A stretch of 64,000 nucleotides of DNA, taken from the NCBI GenBank assembly GCA_016200135.1, contig JACQFI010000070.1:8356-72355 (forward strand). The letters are read 5' to 3'. Position 1 is the first letter of the stretch. Each line of letters opens with the position of its first letter. The translations under genes and the position numbers were made by a program. The DNA is from Planctomycetota bacterium (GTDB lineage Bacteria > Planctomycetota > SZUA-567 > H5-PLA8). This document shows positions 28,514-38,443 of the stretch, piece after piece. The notes beneath the pieces were generated by a model that was not told the DNA's origin, searched no databases, and saw only the letters and a program-made list of their open reading frames with translations.

Positions 28514-30934
28514 ATGGGACCCTTTATGCGGCGGCGGCGCGGGCGAACTGTTGCGGGAGTGCTGGGCGCGTGCGCCTGCGCGGCGGCGCTCATGCTCTGC
28601 GCTTCCTGCGATAAGGAGGCCGGGCACGAGAAAGAGAGACCGCTGCCGCCGCCGAATCCCCCGGCCGAGCCTGCCGGTCCCATCCTGCCCGTGGAATCCG
28701 ACGACCGGCCCAAGGGCAAAGTGGAATGGCTCGACGAGGCGGCCTGGATCGCGGCGCGGCCGGGCAGCGCTGCCGCGCCGGGGTTCAAGCTGCTCTACTT
28801 TCGCACGCCGCGCGAGTTCGGCTGTGGGTTGCTGGAGCGGTTCTCGTTTGGGAACGCGGAGGTCGCAGCTTTCTTAAAGGAGCGCGCGGCGGCGCGTTTT
28901 GCGGACCCCGAGCGCGAAGAAGGTCTCGCGCGGCGCTACGGCGTCGCCGAGACGCCCGCGCTGGTGGTGCTCGACCGCGACGGCGGCTACGCGGGCGCGA
29001 TCAACGGGCACCGCCCGGCGGCGCGGCTCATCGAAGATTTGAAGAAGCTCGCGGCGGAAGGCGAGGCGCAAGCGCAGCGCGCGGGGGAACTCGCGGCGAA
29101 GGTGAAGCAGGCGCAGGGCGCGGCGCGCGTGGAGGCGCTCGACGCCGCCGCGGAACTCGCGATGAAGCGCAAGGCGTTCGCGGAGGCCGAACGGCTGCTG
29201 GGCGAGCTTGCGGCGATCCCTGACGCCGCGCAGACGCGGGCGCTCGCGGAGTTGCACGGCCGCCGCGCGCAGGCGCTCGCGGAACTGGGCCGCATCGACG
29301 CGGCCGTGGCGGCGTATGAGCAGGCCATCGCGGCGGACACGCTGAAGATGTACGCGGAAGCCTACGCGTTCCAGCGCGGGCAGATGCTGCTGGAGGCGAA
29401 GCGCAACGAGGCGGCGCTCGCGGCGTGGGACGCGTTTCTTAAAGATTATCCTAAGAGCGCGCGAGGAGAGGCCGCGGCGTACAACCGCATCTTCGCGCTG
29501 CTGCGGCTGGAGCGGAAGAGCGATGCCGCGCACGAGATCGAGATGCTGCTGGAGGGCGCCAAGAGCGACGAGGCGAAGGACGCGCTGCGGCTGCTGCTCT
29601 ATTCGGCGCTGGGTGAGGGCGCGGCGCTGAGCGCGCTGAAGGTCAACGAGGCCGAGCGCCGGAGCATCTCCGACGCGCTGCTGGACGGGCGCGATCTGGT
29701 GCGGAAGTTCTCGTGCAATGACTGCCACCTGCTGATCGAGCCGCAGGTGAAGTCCCTGCAGCAGACCTGCGTCGAGTGCCACCTCGTGGTCCGCAAGTTG
29801 GAGACCGAGCCCGAGAAGCACGACGAGATCCTGAAGACGCATCCGCACTTCTTTCGCAACTGCACGCGCATCCGGCACCTGCTGCGCGCGCCGAATCTTT
29901 TTGGGCTAGGGGCGCGCGTGCGCGGCGACTGGATCCGCAAGTTCCTCGAGAGCCCCTACGACGTCCGGCCGCACCTGGAAGAGAGCATGGTCCAGTTGAA
30001 CCTGGACGCGCACGAGATCGAGACGTTGGTGCGGTACTTCCAGGCGATTGCGAAGACCGCGGGGCAATCTCCACCCACTAAAGAGGAGGAAGCCGCGGAG
30101 GCCGCCGCGCCGAAGCAGGACCCGCGCAATCTCGAGCGCGGGCGCGAGCTCTTCGCGAAGAGCCACTGCTACCAGTGCCATCAGTTTGGGAACGTGAAGT
30201 TCGCCGAGGACCAGGGGTCTTGGGGCTGGATGGAAGGCCGCGCCGAGGCTCCGAACTTGCGCTACGCGCGCGAGCGGCTCGTGCGACGCACGGCGTTCGA
30301 GTGGATTCGCGATCCGGCCAAAATGAGCCCTGGGACGCGCATGCCCAAGTTCAACCTGTCCGACGAGGACGCGATCGCGCTGGTGGATTTCATCTTCGAG
30401 GCCGACCCCGGCAAGCCGCCGGCGGACCTGAACGCGCCCGAGCCCGCGCGCAAAGCGGCCAAGGCGCCGACGTGGGACGAGATCAACGCGGCGGTCTTCC
30501 AGGAGACGTGCATTCATTGCCATCAGGCCGACAACCTGGGCGGTCCCGGCAACACCGGCGCGTACGGCTACCGCGCGCGGCGGCTCGATCTCTCCAGCTA
30601 CGCGGGCATTCGAAGAGGCTCGCTGCAGCCCGACGGCACGCGCCTGGATATCTTAACGCCGCGCGAGGGCGGCCTGGCTCCGCTGATTTTGGAGCGCGTC
30701 GGGCGGCGCGTGGAGGAGAACAAGCGCGACAAGATCGAGCCCTTCCGCGACCCGCTCACCGATCTGGCGCAGAAGCGCGCGAGCCGCGTGAAGCCCGGCA
30801 TGCCGTTCGGGCACCCGGCGCTTACGGCGGAGCAACTCGCCTTGCTTCAAGCCTGGCTCGAAGCCGGCGCGCCGGGCCCGCAGCCGAAGCCGCTCGGCGA
30901 GGTTGAGGATAAGAAGAAGGCGCAGATGGAGTAA
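28514..30934 (+). CDS. Lipoprotein with an N-terminal thioredoxin-like domain, TPR-like helical repeats and four CXXCH c-type heme-binding motifs (multiheme cytochrome c)
   Basis: Signal peptide plus lipobox LMLCASC. Four CXXCH motifs: CNDCH, CVECH, CYQCH and CIHCH. Confidence 0.75.
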   Translation: MGPFMRRRRGRTVAGVLGACACAAALMLCASCDKEAGHEKERPLPPPNPPAEPAGPILPVESDDRPKGKVEWLDEAAWIAARPGSAAAPGFKLLYFRTPREFGCGLLERFSFGNAEVAAFLKERAAARFADPEREEGLARRYGVAETPALVVLDRDGGYAGAINGHRPAARLIEDLKKLAAEGEAQAQRAGELAAKVKQAQGAARVEALDAAAELAMKRKAFAEAERLLGELAAIPDAAQTRALAELHGRRAQALAELGRIDAAVAAYEQAIAADTLKMYAEAYAFQRGQMLLEAKRNEAALAAWDAFLKDYPKSARGEAAAYNRIFALLRLERKSDAAHEIEMLLEGAKSDEAKDALRLLLYSALGEGAALSALKVNEAERRSISDALLDGRDLVRKFSCNDCHLLIEPQVKSLQQTCVECHLVVRKLETEPEKHDEILKTHPHFFRNCTRIRHLLRAPNLFGLGARVRGDWIRKFLESPYDVRPHLEESMVQLNLDAHEIETLVRYFQAIAKTAGQSPPTKEEEAAEAAAPKQDPRNLERGRELFAKSHCYQCHQFGNVKFAEDQGSWGWMEGRAEAPNLRYARERLVRRTAFEWIRDPAKMSPGTRMPKFNLSDEDAIALVDFIFEADPGKPPADLNAPEPARKAAKAPTWDEINAAVFQETCIHCHQADNLGGPGNTGAYGYRARRLDLSSYAGIRRGSLQPDGTRLDILTPREGGLAPLILERVGRRVEENKRDKIEPFRDPLTDLAQKRASRVKPGMPFGHPALTAEQLALLQAWLEAGAPGPQPKPLGEVEDKKKAQME

Positions 30935-30944
30935 GTCCGACCGA

Positions 30945-30984
30945 TTGAACCGCCAAGACGCCAAAGCGCCAAGGACCTCTCGTA
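30945..30984. repeat. Second copy of the GCGCCAAR-heptad element (ttgaaccgccaagacgccaaagcgccaaggacctctcgta), followed by an inverted partial copy at 31006..31026
   Basis: Direct comparison with 27801..27840. The inverted arm is cttggcgttatggcgtcttgg. Confidence 0.75.
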
Positions 30985-31134
30985 CTACCTTGTAGATCTG
31001 TTTTTCTTGGCGTTATGGCGTCTTGGTGGTTCAGACACAGCCTGCACCTTACGCATTTCATTTAAATTGATGCATAAAAGCCGGCCCAGCGTCCGTGATC
31101 ATCATGTGGATACGCTGAGCGCCAGGGACCCCGG

Positions 31135-31620
31135 GTGGATTCAAAGCGGCTCGAAGACCTTTACGTGCGGCACCGGCAGGGGCTCTTCCTGCTGGCGCTC
31201 TCGATCACGCGCTGCCCGGCGGCGGCGGAAGACGCCGTGCACGAGGCGTTCGCGCGGCTGAGCGAGGGCCGCACGGAGCTTGCGGGCGACGGCGTGGCGT
31301 ACGTCTTCTCGTCGGTGCGGAACGCGGCGATCGATCAGGTCCGGCGGCGGCGCACGGAGCAGGAGCACCCGGCGTCGCTCTACAACGGGCACGCGCCGAG
31401 CCCGGAAGTCTCGGCGCTGGCCGCGGAGCGCGACCGCGCGCTGCGCCAGGCGGTGGACGGCCTGTCGCCCGAACAGCAGGAAGCCGTGGTGCTGCGCGTG
31501 TACGCGGAGTTGAGCTTCGAACAGATCGCGGACGTATGCGGCGCGCCGCTGCCGACGGTTTTCGCGCGCTACCAGCGTGCTCTGGAGAAGCTGAGAGACC
31601 GGCTGGGGTCGTTAAAATGA
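31135..31620 (+). CDS. ECF (group IV) RNA polymerase sigma-70 factor
   Basis: Region 2 (LYVRHRQGLFLLALSITRCPAAAEDAVHEAFARL) and region 4 (LSPEQQEAVVLRVYAELSFEQIADVCGAPLPTVFARYQRALEKLR). Confidence 0.85.
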   Translation: MDSKRLEDLYVRHRQGLFLLALSITRCPAAAEDAVHEAFARLSEGRTELAGDGVAYVFSSVRNAAIDQVRRRRTEQEHPASLYNGHAPSPEVSALAAERDRALRQAVDGLSPEQQEAVVLRVYAELSFEQIADVCGAPLPTVFARYQRALEKLRDRLGSLK

Positions 31621-32096
31621 ACGAGCCGAACGGACACGAAGAGCTCGAGGCCCTGCTGCGCGGAATGTCCGTGAAGCGGCCTTCGGAGGAACTGGACCGG
31701 CGCGTGCTGCATCCGGGCCGGCGGTCGTGGGCGCTGTGGCTGGGCGTGGCGGGCGGGCTGGCGGCGGGCTTCGCGCTCGCGCTGGCGGGGATGCGCGGTT
31801 GGAACGCGGAAAAGCCCGTGCCGCCGGAGGCGCGCGTGCCGGAGGCCCGGCCGGAGATTCCGAGGACGGTGGACAACGGCGCGAAGGATTGGCCGGCGAG
31901 TCCTTCCTGCTTGCAGCGGGTTTGGTGCGCGTACCAGGACGCGGGGATCGTCGGGGAGAAGGAGAACCAGCCGGTGCGGCGCGTGGACCGGCAGGCCCTG
32001 CGCGAAGTGATCCTGTACGACCCCGAGCACAAGCGGACGATTCAGTGGACCGTGCCCGAGAAGGAGACGGTGTTCCTGACGGCGGAGCCGTACTGA
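31617..32096 (+). CDS. Anti-sigma factor (single-pass membrane protein) translationally coupled to the ECF sigma
   Basis: ATGA overlap with the sigma stop. TM WALWLGVAGGLAAGFALALAG. Positioned where anti-sigma factors usually sit. Confidence 0.6.
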   Translation: MNEPNGHEELEALLRGMSVKRPSEELDRRVLHPGRRSWALWLGVAGGLAAGFALALAGMRGWNAEKPVPPEARVPEARPEIPRTVDNGAKDWPASPSCLQRVWCAYQDAGIVGEKENQPVRRVDRQALREVILYDPEHKRTIQWTVPEKETVFLTAEPY

Positions 32097-32179
32097 GGGC
32101 CGCTTTCACCGCAGAGGCGCAGAGGCGCAGAGGACGCGGAGAACGCCTCTAAAACATAGATAACAAAAAGGAGCGCGGC

Positions 32180-33124
32180 ATGAAGCGATGGAACCTTGTA
32201 GCGATTTTGGCGCTGAGTCTAGCGGCGCTGGTCCTTTCGAGCGCGGTGAACGCCGAGGATAAGGACGCGCCGGTTCCGCCTAAGCAGGCGCCCACGCCGC
32301 CTCCGCCGCCCGCGCCTCCGGCTCCGCCGGAAGCGGGATACGGCGTGGTGAACGAGATTCGCCGGATGCTCGTCTCGCCCGCGGGCGGCGCGGGCAATGT
32401 GTTCTTCACGAAGCGGATGGCGGCGGAGAAGGTGAAGGCCGCGTATCTGGGCGTGGTCACGCGCGCCGCCGACGCGACGCTGCGCAAGCAGCTCAAGCTG
32501 CCCGAAGGCGTGGGGCTGGTGGTCTCGTTCCTCGATAAGGACGGCCCGGCTAAGGCCGCGGGGCTGGAGCTCCACGACGTTCTCTCCAAGCTCGACGACC
32601 AGATCCTGATCAACGAGCGCCAGTTGGTGACGCTGGTGCGGATGCACAAGCCCGGCGACAAGCTCGAACTGACGGCGATTCACGAGGGCAAAGAGCAGAA
32701 GTTCACGGCGGCGCTCGTGGAGAAGGACGTTCCGCCGCTGGACGCGTTCGACGAGACCGGTCTGGCGCCGGGCGAAGGCGAGCCCATGCGGATGAAGTTA
32801 TTCAACATGCCCGCGCCGCCGCCGGGCGCGCTGGCAAACCCGGTCTGGTCGAAGGCGCTGGCGTTCAGCGATCCCGAGGTGAGCGTGACGGTGGAGACGA
32901 AGGACGGCGAGGCGCACATCGTCGCGAAAGACAAGGACGGCAAGATTCTCTTCGAGGGTCCCGCGAAGGCCGGCGTGCAGATCCCGCCGCTCGTGATCAA
33001 GCACCTCGGCGAGGCGCTCAAGTGGACCCAAGGCGCGGCCGGCAAGGACGTGCTCTTGAAGATCGAGGAGGCCGCGCCTGAAGGCGCGATGCGGTTTGAG
33101 GAGAAGGTGGATGAGGGAGAGTAA
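32180..33124 (+). CDS. Secreted PDZ-domain protein with a Pro-rich N-terminal region
   Basis: Signal peptide MKRWNLVAILALSLAALVLSSAVNA. PDZ core YLGVVTRAADATLRKQLKLPEGVGLVVSFLDKDGPAKAAGLELHDVL..GDKLELTAIHEGKE. Confidence 0.7.
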   Translation: MKRWNLVAILALSLAALVLSSAVNAEDKDAPVPPKQAPTPPPPPAPPAPPEAGYGVVNEIRRMLVSPAGGAGNVFFTKRMAAEKVKAAYLGVVTRAADATLRKQLKLPEGVGLVVSFLDKDGPAKAAGLELHDVLSKLDDQILINERQLVTLVRMHKPGDKLELTAIHEGKEQKFTAALVEKDVPPLDAFDETGLAPGEGEPMRMKLFNMPAPPPGALANPVWSKALAFSDPEVSVTVETKDGEAHIVAKDKDGKILFEGPAKAGVQIPPLVIKHLGEALKWTQGAAGKDVLLKIEEAAPEGAMRFEEKVDEGE

Positions 33125-33148
33125 TTTCAGATCGCGTTGCGAAGCGGT

Positions 33149-33182
33149 ACCGCCGCCCGGCTAAAATGCCGGGCGGTTCTTT
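33149..33182 (+). terminator. Rho-independent terminator (accgcccggctaaaatgccgggcggt plus tcttttttg) ending the ECF sigma/anti-sigma/PDZ operon
   Basis: GC-rich hairpin followed by a T-run on the coding strand, 25 bp after the PDZ gene stop. Confidence 0.8.
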
Positions 33183-33305
33183 TTTGTAAAGAGCGCGCGG
33201 TTTTGCGTCTTCATATCGGCACGGCATCCGTTAAAAGGGTGGGGATGAGAAGTTCCCGCGCCTTTTGTGGAGACTTGCGCTGCCGTGACGCCTGAAGTCA
33301 AGACC

Positions 33306-34520
33306 ATGCGCTGGAGTTCCGCGCTGAGCCAGGACCCCAACGCGGAAGTGGCGGCGGGGGAGTGCGCGCGGCGCATCGCGGCGGACTTCAGCGACGGCAC
33401 GCCGCCGGATGTACTGTTTGTATTTGTCTCGCCGCACTATGCGCCGGCCATCGAGGCCATGGCGGAGACCCTGCGGCTGGACCTCAAGCCGCGGAACGTG
33501 ATTGGCTGCACGGCGGGCGGAATCATTGGTGGCGGGCACGAGGTCGAGGACGGCCCGGCGCTCTCGGTGGCCGCGGCGCGGCTCCCGGGCGTGCGCGTGC
33601 ACGGCTTTCACCTGCACGAAGGCGCGCTGCCGGACCTCGACACGAGCCCGCGCGATTGGGAAGAGGCGCTGGGGGTGAAGCGCGCGGACGAGCCGCAATT
33701 CGTGCTGCTGGCCGATCCGTTCTCGGTGCGCACGGATGAAGTGCTGGCCGGGCTGGATTACGCATTTCCAAATGCGGTGAAGGTCGGCGGGCTCTCGAGC
33801 GGCGCGCGCGGCCGGGGCGGCAACGTGCTTTTTCTGGACGACCGTTCGATCCGCGAGGGCGCGGTGGGCTTGGCGCTGATGGGCAACCTGCGCCTGGATA
33901 CGCTGGTGGCGCAAGGCTGCCGGCCGCTGGGCCAGCCGTTCACGGTGACCAAGTGTCATAAGAACCTGCTGCTTCAGCTCTCCGGGCGCAAGCCGATGGA
34001 GGCGATCGCGGACCTGTACGAAACGCTGGAAGACCGCGAGCGGAAGCTGGTCCGTTCGGCGCTCTTTCTGGGCCTCGTGATGGACCCGCTCAAGACCGCA
34101 GCGCCCAAGGCCGGCGACTTCCTGATCCGCAACATCCTGGGCCGCGATCCGCACACCGACGGGCTGTACGTCAATGCGATGCTGCGCGAGGGCATGCGGC
34201 TGCAGTTCCACGTCCGCGACGGCAAAGCGGCCGCGGAGGACCTTGAAGAGGTCCTGCGGCGGTACTCGACGGGGCTCTTAAAGGAGGGCCAGGGCGAGTC
34301 GGTGCCGCGCCCGCCGGCCGGCGCGCTGCTCTTTTCGTGCCTGGGGCGCGGGCGGCACATGTACGGGAAACCCGACCACGACTCCAAGCTCTTCCGCGAA
34401 CTGGTGGGCGAGGTTCCTTTGAACGGGTTCTTCTGCAACGGGGAGATCGGGCCCGTCGGCGGGACCACGTATCTGCACGGCTTTACGAGCTGCTTCGGGG
34501 TCATCCGGCCAAAGTCCTAG
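33306..34520 (+). CDS. FIST-domain signal-transduction protein (FIST_N plus FIST_C)
   Basis: DVLFVFVSPHY, GCTAGGIIG and C-terminal GFFCNGEIGP motifs characteristic of FIST sensors. Confidence 0.7.
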   Translation: MRWSSALSQDPNAEVAAGECARRIAADFSDGTPPDVLFVFVSPHYAPAIEAMAETLRLDLKPRNVIGCTAGGIIGGGHEVEDGPALSVAAARLPGVRVHGFHLHEGALPDLDTSPRDWEEALGVKRADEPQFVLLADPFSVRTDEVLAGLDYAFPNAVKVGGLSSGARGRGGNVLFLDDRSIREGAVGLALMGNLRLDTLVAQGCRPLGQPFTVTKCHKNLLLQLSGRKPMEAIADLYETLEDRERKLVRSALFLGLVMDPLKTAAPKAGDFLIRNILGRDPHTDGLYVNAMLREGMRLQFHVRDGKAAAEDLEEVLRRYSTGLLKEGQGESVPRPPAGALLFSCLGRGRHMYGKPDHDSKLFRELVGEVPLNGFFCNGEIGPVGGTTYLHGFTSCFGVIRPKS

Positions 34521-34716
34521 CAACCAAATCTTCACTTTCTTCTCTAATTCGTTTATTCGCCAAGAGTTCCGTGCCAAACACAGGATACGGTTGTCCCTTG
34601 TTGAAGCGCAGTCTTTGCGCTAAAAGTTAGGTGCTTTCTAAGTCTTAGAGCGGTCCTAACCGATACTTAGGAAGCGTCGTTTTAAGGGCTTGAACAACGG
34701 GGATCTCGAACATTCC

Positions 34717-35610
34717 ATGAAGTTCCGCGCGCGTATTCCGATGATCGCCGCCGCCTTGGTTCTCGGTTGCCCGGCCTGGGGGCTGGCGGCGACGCCCGCA
34801 GCCGAAGGCGGTACGTCGGCCGGCCAGGTGGCCGAGCAAGCGCGGCCGGCGATGGCGCTGGCCGAAAAAGTTCCTCCGCCCGCAAAACCCGCCGGCGATT
34901 TGAAGACGTCGGCTGCGAACGCCGCCGCGGCTGCCGCGGCCGCGGCCCTGAATTCGGCCAAGCGCACCCCCGAAGCCCCCAAGGTGAATCCCAATTCGGT
35001 GCTCGCGCTGGACGGCAAGCCCGGCGAGGTGCGGCTGGTGGTGATGCAGACGGATGTGATCCAGCGTTCGCGCTGGATCGTGCCGAAAGTTCCGATCCCG
35101 CCGTTCATCTTCTGGAACAAGTGGCTGGACGAGCATCCGTTCGTCTCGCACACCGCGCTGGATTGGGTGAACGAGAAGGGCGAGTGGTGGCACACCGAAT
35201 TGCGCGGGATGTACCAGATGGAGGAGAAGTACCGCGTGGGCCAGGGCGAGTTCCGCGCGACGGGCACCACGATCTACGGCATCTTCGTCGCGCCGGGCCG
35301 CACCGACACCGAAGGCCAGGCCGTGCTGCTCGACGAAAAGATCACCCTGGACTGGCACAAAGTGGTTGAGATCGCCACGGAATACGGCCGCAAGGACAAG
35401 CGCCCCGGCGATCCCGGCACGGGCGGCCGGGGAAAACGCAACGTGGGGCTGGGCGGCCCGGCTTGGCGTCCGTCGTGCAACAGCAACACCTATATTAACT
35501 ATATCCTGAAGAAGCTTGGGGTAGAACATCCCATGCCGGAAGGCGCGGTGGGCTGGGACCGCACGCCGACCTTCCCGTACTCGTCCGATGCCGACGCAAA
35601 CGAGCGTTAA
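34717..35610 (+). CDS. Secreted hypothetical protein
   Basis: Signal peptide MKFRARIPMIAAALVLGCPAWGLAA. No recognisable catalytic motifs. Confidence 0.5.
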   Translation: MKFRARIPMIAAALVLGCPAWGLAATPAAEGGTSAGQVAEQARPAMALAEKVPPPAKPAGDLKTSAANAAAAAAAAALNSAKRTPEAPKVNPNSVLALDGKPGEVRLVVMQTDVIQRSRWIVPKVPIPPFIFWNKWLDEHPFVSHTALDWVNEKGEWWHTELRGMYQMEEKYRVGQGEFRATGTTIYGIFVAPGRTDTEGQAVLLDEKITLDWHKVVEIATEYGRKDKRPGDPGTGGRGKRNVGLGGPAWRPSCNSNTYINYILKKLGVEHPMPEGAVGWDRTPTFPYSSDADANER

Positions 35611-35689
35611 GAAGTGAAGGCGCGTGGGGCGCCCCCGTCCAATCGTACGAGAGTTCCCACGTTATCCCGTAAAGCGAGGACCGATCTTG

Positions 35690-38437
35690 ATGGGCGGACC
35701 GACGTGCGCCAGCGAGTCTCCCGCCGTGCCCGGCGCGCGCCGCGGCGTGGCGTGGGTATGGCTGGCGGGCGCGGCCCTGGCTTTGGGCGGATGCGGGTCC
35801 GTGCGCGAAGCGATCCCGTTCATGCCGCCGTCGCAATACGTGGATGTCGGCGGCCGGAAGCTCACGCGCGAGGAAGTGAAGTGGTCGCAGGACGTCCGCG
35901 AGCTCGGCAACGCGGTGCGCGTGAATCCCAAGGACAGCGTCTCGTACGTCTCCATGGGCGAGCTCTTCCAGAACAAAGGCCACTACGAACTCGCCAGCCA
36001 GCTCTACGTCGAAGCGATCAAGATCGACCCGAACCTCGACACGGCCCACTACAACCTGGGCGTGCTGGCCATTCACGAAGAGAACTGGAAGGACGCGCTG
36101 CAGCACCTGAGCAACGCCCAGAAGCTCAGCCCGATGGACGCGAAGATCATGCATCGGATGGGCCAGGCGCAGGACGGGCTGGGCAACAGCGGCGAGGCGG
36201 TGAAGGCCTACGACCAGGCCCTCAAGCTCGACCCCGAGTACACGCCCGCGTACCTCGACAAGGCCAAGTGCCTGTACCGCGTGAAGCGCTACAAGGAAGC
36301 CGAGGACGTCTGCCGCAAGGCCATCGCGAACGTGCCCAAGAAGCTGCCCAACGCCAAGGCCGGCGACGACCGCAGCGAACTGCTCAAGATGATCTGGCCC
36401 GGCGGCGAGCCCGAGGTCCGGCCCGATACGGCGCTCGAAGAGGCGCAGTTCGACCTGGCGTTGTGCCTGAAAGCGCAGGGGCGGCTGCGCGAGGCGCTCG
36501 AGGCGCTGGCGCCGATCGAGAAGACCGTCTATCCGCACATGGACGTGCAGCTCATGAAGAGCCAGCTCCAGGAGGCCTCGGGCGACCGCGCCGGCGCGAT
36601 CGTAACGCTCGAGGCGCTGCGCAAGGAGTTCGGCGATACGGCGGAGATCCCGCGGGCGCTCGCGCGGCTGTACCAGGTGAGCGGGCAGGCGGATCTGGCG
36701 GCCAAGACGCGCCTGGACGCCGCGGAGCTCGACCAGTCCGACCGTGGGCTGCAGCTCGAAGCGGCCAAGGACGCGCTCGCGCGCAAGGACTTTCCCCGGC
36801 AGGTCGCGGTGTACGAACGGCTCGTGCGCATCGATCCCTCGGATCTGGACGCGCGCCGCGCCTTGGCGAAAGCCTACGACGACCTGGGCATCGACCGCGA
36901 GGCGGCCCTGACCTACCAGGAAGTGGTCAACCGCGCGCCCGAGGATATCGTCACGCGGCGGCGGCTGGGCATCCTGTACTCGGACCTGCCCGGCTTCCAA
37001 GGCCGCGCGATGCTGCAGTTCAAGACCGTGCTGGAGAAAAACCCCAACGACGCGGAAGTGCACCGCAAAATGGGCGAGCTCTACTTCGGCACCCGCAACG
37101 TGGCCGAGGCCGAGAACCACCTGCGCAAGGCCCTGCAACTGGACCCGAAAGACGCGCGCGGCCACGCGGTGCTCGGCGATCTGCTGGTGGTGCAGAAACG
37201 CGGCGAAGACGCCGTGGCGGAATACAAGAAGTCGCTGGAACTCGATCCGAAGCTGGTGGGCGCGAACTACGCGATGGCGCGGACCTTGGTGAGCGTGGAC
37301 CGCCGCGAAGACGCCGTGAAGCCGATGGAAGCGTACCTCAAGGACAAGCCCGACGACGTCGAGGCGCGCAAGTTCTACGCGGACACGCTGCGCGACCTGA
37401 ACCGGCGCGAAGACGCGGTGAAGCAGTACAACACCATCGCCGAACTGCGCCCGCGCGATCCCTCCAACGCGATGGAAATCGCGCGCCTGGCTTCGCTGCT
37501 GGGACAGCGCTCCGACGCGGCCGGCCTGTACGAGAGCATCATCGAGAAGAACCCGGCCGACGTGAACGCGCTGCGCGCCGCGGCGCGCATCTACGACGAA
37601 TCGAAGCAGACGCTGCGCGCGATGTTCTGCTGGCAGCGCCTGCTGCGCATCAAGCCCAGCGACGAAGAGGGCCTGGCAAGCCTTGCCGCCAACTACAAGT
37701 CCATCGGCGAAGACGAGGCCGCGATCAAGTGCTATGAGACGCTTGGGCACGCCGACGCCTGGCGGCACATCGCCTTCCTGCGCATGAAGCGCGGCGAGAA
37801 GGACAAGGCGATGGCCGCGTTCCGCAAGGTGATCGAGTTGCAGAAGGCCGACGTGGACGCGCGCTCCGCGCTCGCGGGGCTGCTCCAGCACACCGGCAAA
37901 GACGAGGACCGCGACCAGGCTGTCGCGCTCTATCAGGAACTGCTCCTCATCAACGAGAAGGACCTGAAGGCGCGCCTCAATCTGGCCAACCTGCTCTCCG
38001 AGTGCAACCGCTACGCGGAGGCGCAGGAGCACTACGAGTACGTCCTGCGCCAGGACGCCGGCAACGTGGGCGCGCACGTGGGCCTGGGCGTGATCATGCG
38101 CAAGCGCGGGCGCATCAAGGACGCGCAGGACCACTACGAGGCCGCCGTTAAGGCCGACCCGAACTCGAAGCTGGCCCACTACAACTTGGGCGTGTTGTAC
38201 GATTATTATCTGGAAGACACTGCGAAGGCGAAGGAGCACTACGACGCCTTCGTGCGCCTGGGCGGCGACGCCGCGCTGCTCGAAGATAAAGCGGACGCGG
38301 ATGCGAAGAAGGAAGGCGCGAAGCCGGCGCCGAAGGACGTGAAGCTGGAGCCGAAGAAGGACACCAAGGAAGCCTCCGGCGGCAAGGACGAGAAGAAGCC
38401 CGCCATGTCCACTACGCAAGAGCCCAAGGCCGAATAG
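35690..38437 (+). CDS. Large TPR-repeat lipoprotein with a Lys/Glu-rich C-terminal tail
   Basis: Lipobox ALALGGCGS. More than 15 tandem TPR units (e.g. AHYNLGVLAIHEENWKDALQHLSNAQKLSPMDAK). The tail reads KKEGAKPAPKDVKLEPKKDTKE. Confidence 0.8.
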   Translation: MGGPTCASESPAVPGARRGVAWVWLAGAALALGGCGSVREAIPFMPPSQYVDVGGRKLTREEVKWSQDVRELGNAVRVNPKDSVSYVSMGELFQNKGHYELASQLYVEAIKIDPNLDTAHYNLGVLAIHEENWKDALQHLSNAQKLSPMDAKIMHRMGQAQDGLGNSGEAVKAYDQALKLDPEYTPAYLDKAKCLYRVKRYKEAEDVCRKAIANVPKKLPNAKAGDDRSELLKMIWPGGEPEVRPDTALEEAQFDLALCLKAQGRLREALEALAPIEKTVYPHMDVQLMKSQLQEASGDRAGAIVTLEALRKEFGDTAEIPRALARLYQVSGQADLAAKTRLDAAELDQSDRGLQLEAAKDALARKDFPRQVAVYERLVRIDPSDLDARRALAKAYDDLGIDREAALTYQEVVNRAPEDIVTRRRLGILYSDLPGFQGRAMLQFKTVLEKNPNDAEVHRKMGELYFGTRNVAEAENHLRKALQLDPKDARGHAVLGDLLVVQKRGEDAVAEYKKSLELDPKLVGANYAMARTLVSVDRREDAVKPMEAYLKDKPDDVEARKFYADTLRDLNRREDAVKQYNTIAELRPRDPSNAMEIARLASLLGQRSDAAGLYESIIEKNPADVNALRAAARIYDESKQTLRAMFCWQRLLRIKPSDEEGLASLAANYKSIGEDEAAIKCYETLGHADAWRHIAFLRMKRGEKDKAMAAFRKVIELQKADVDARSALAGLLQHTGKDEDRDQAVALYQELLLINEKDLKARLNLANLLSECNRYAEAQEHYEYVLRQDAGNVGAHVGLGVIMRKRGRIKDAQDHYEAAVKADPNSKLAHYNLGVLYDYYLEDTAKAKEHYDAFVRLGGDAALLEDKADADAKKEGAKPAPKDVKLEPKKDTKEASGGKDEKKPAMSTTQEPKAE

Positions 38438-38443
38438 CCCGCC

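Noticed and set aside
31007-31261. 84-aa ORF upstream of the ECF sigma gene
   Set aside because: It overlaps the repeat element and the sigma-factor start in a different frame, with no motifs.
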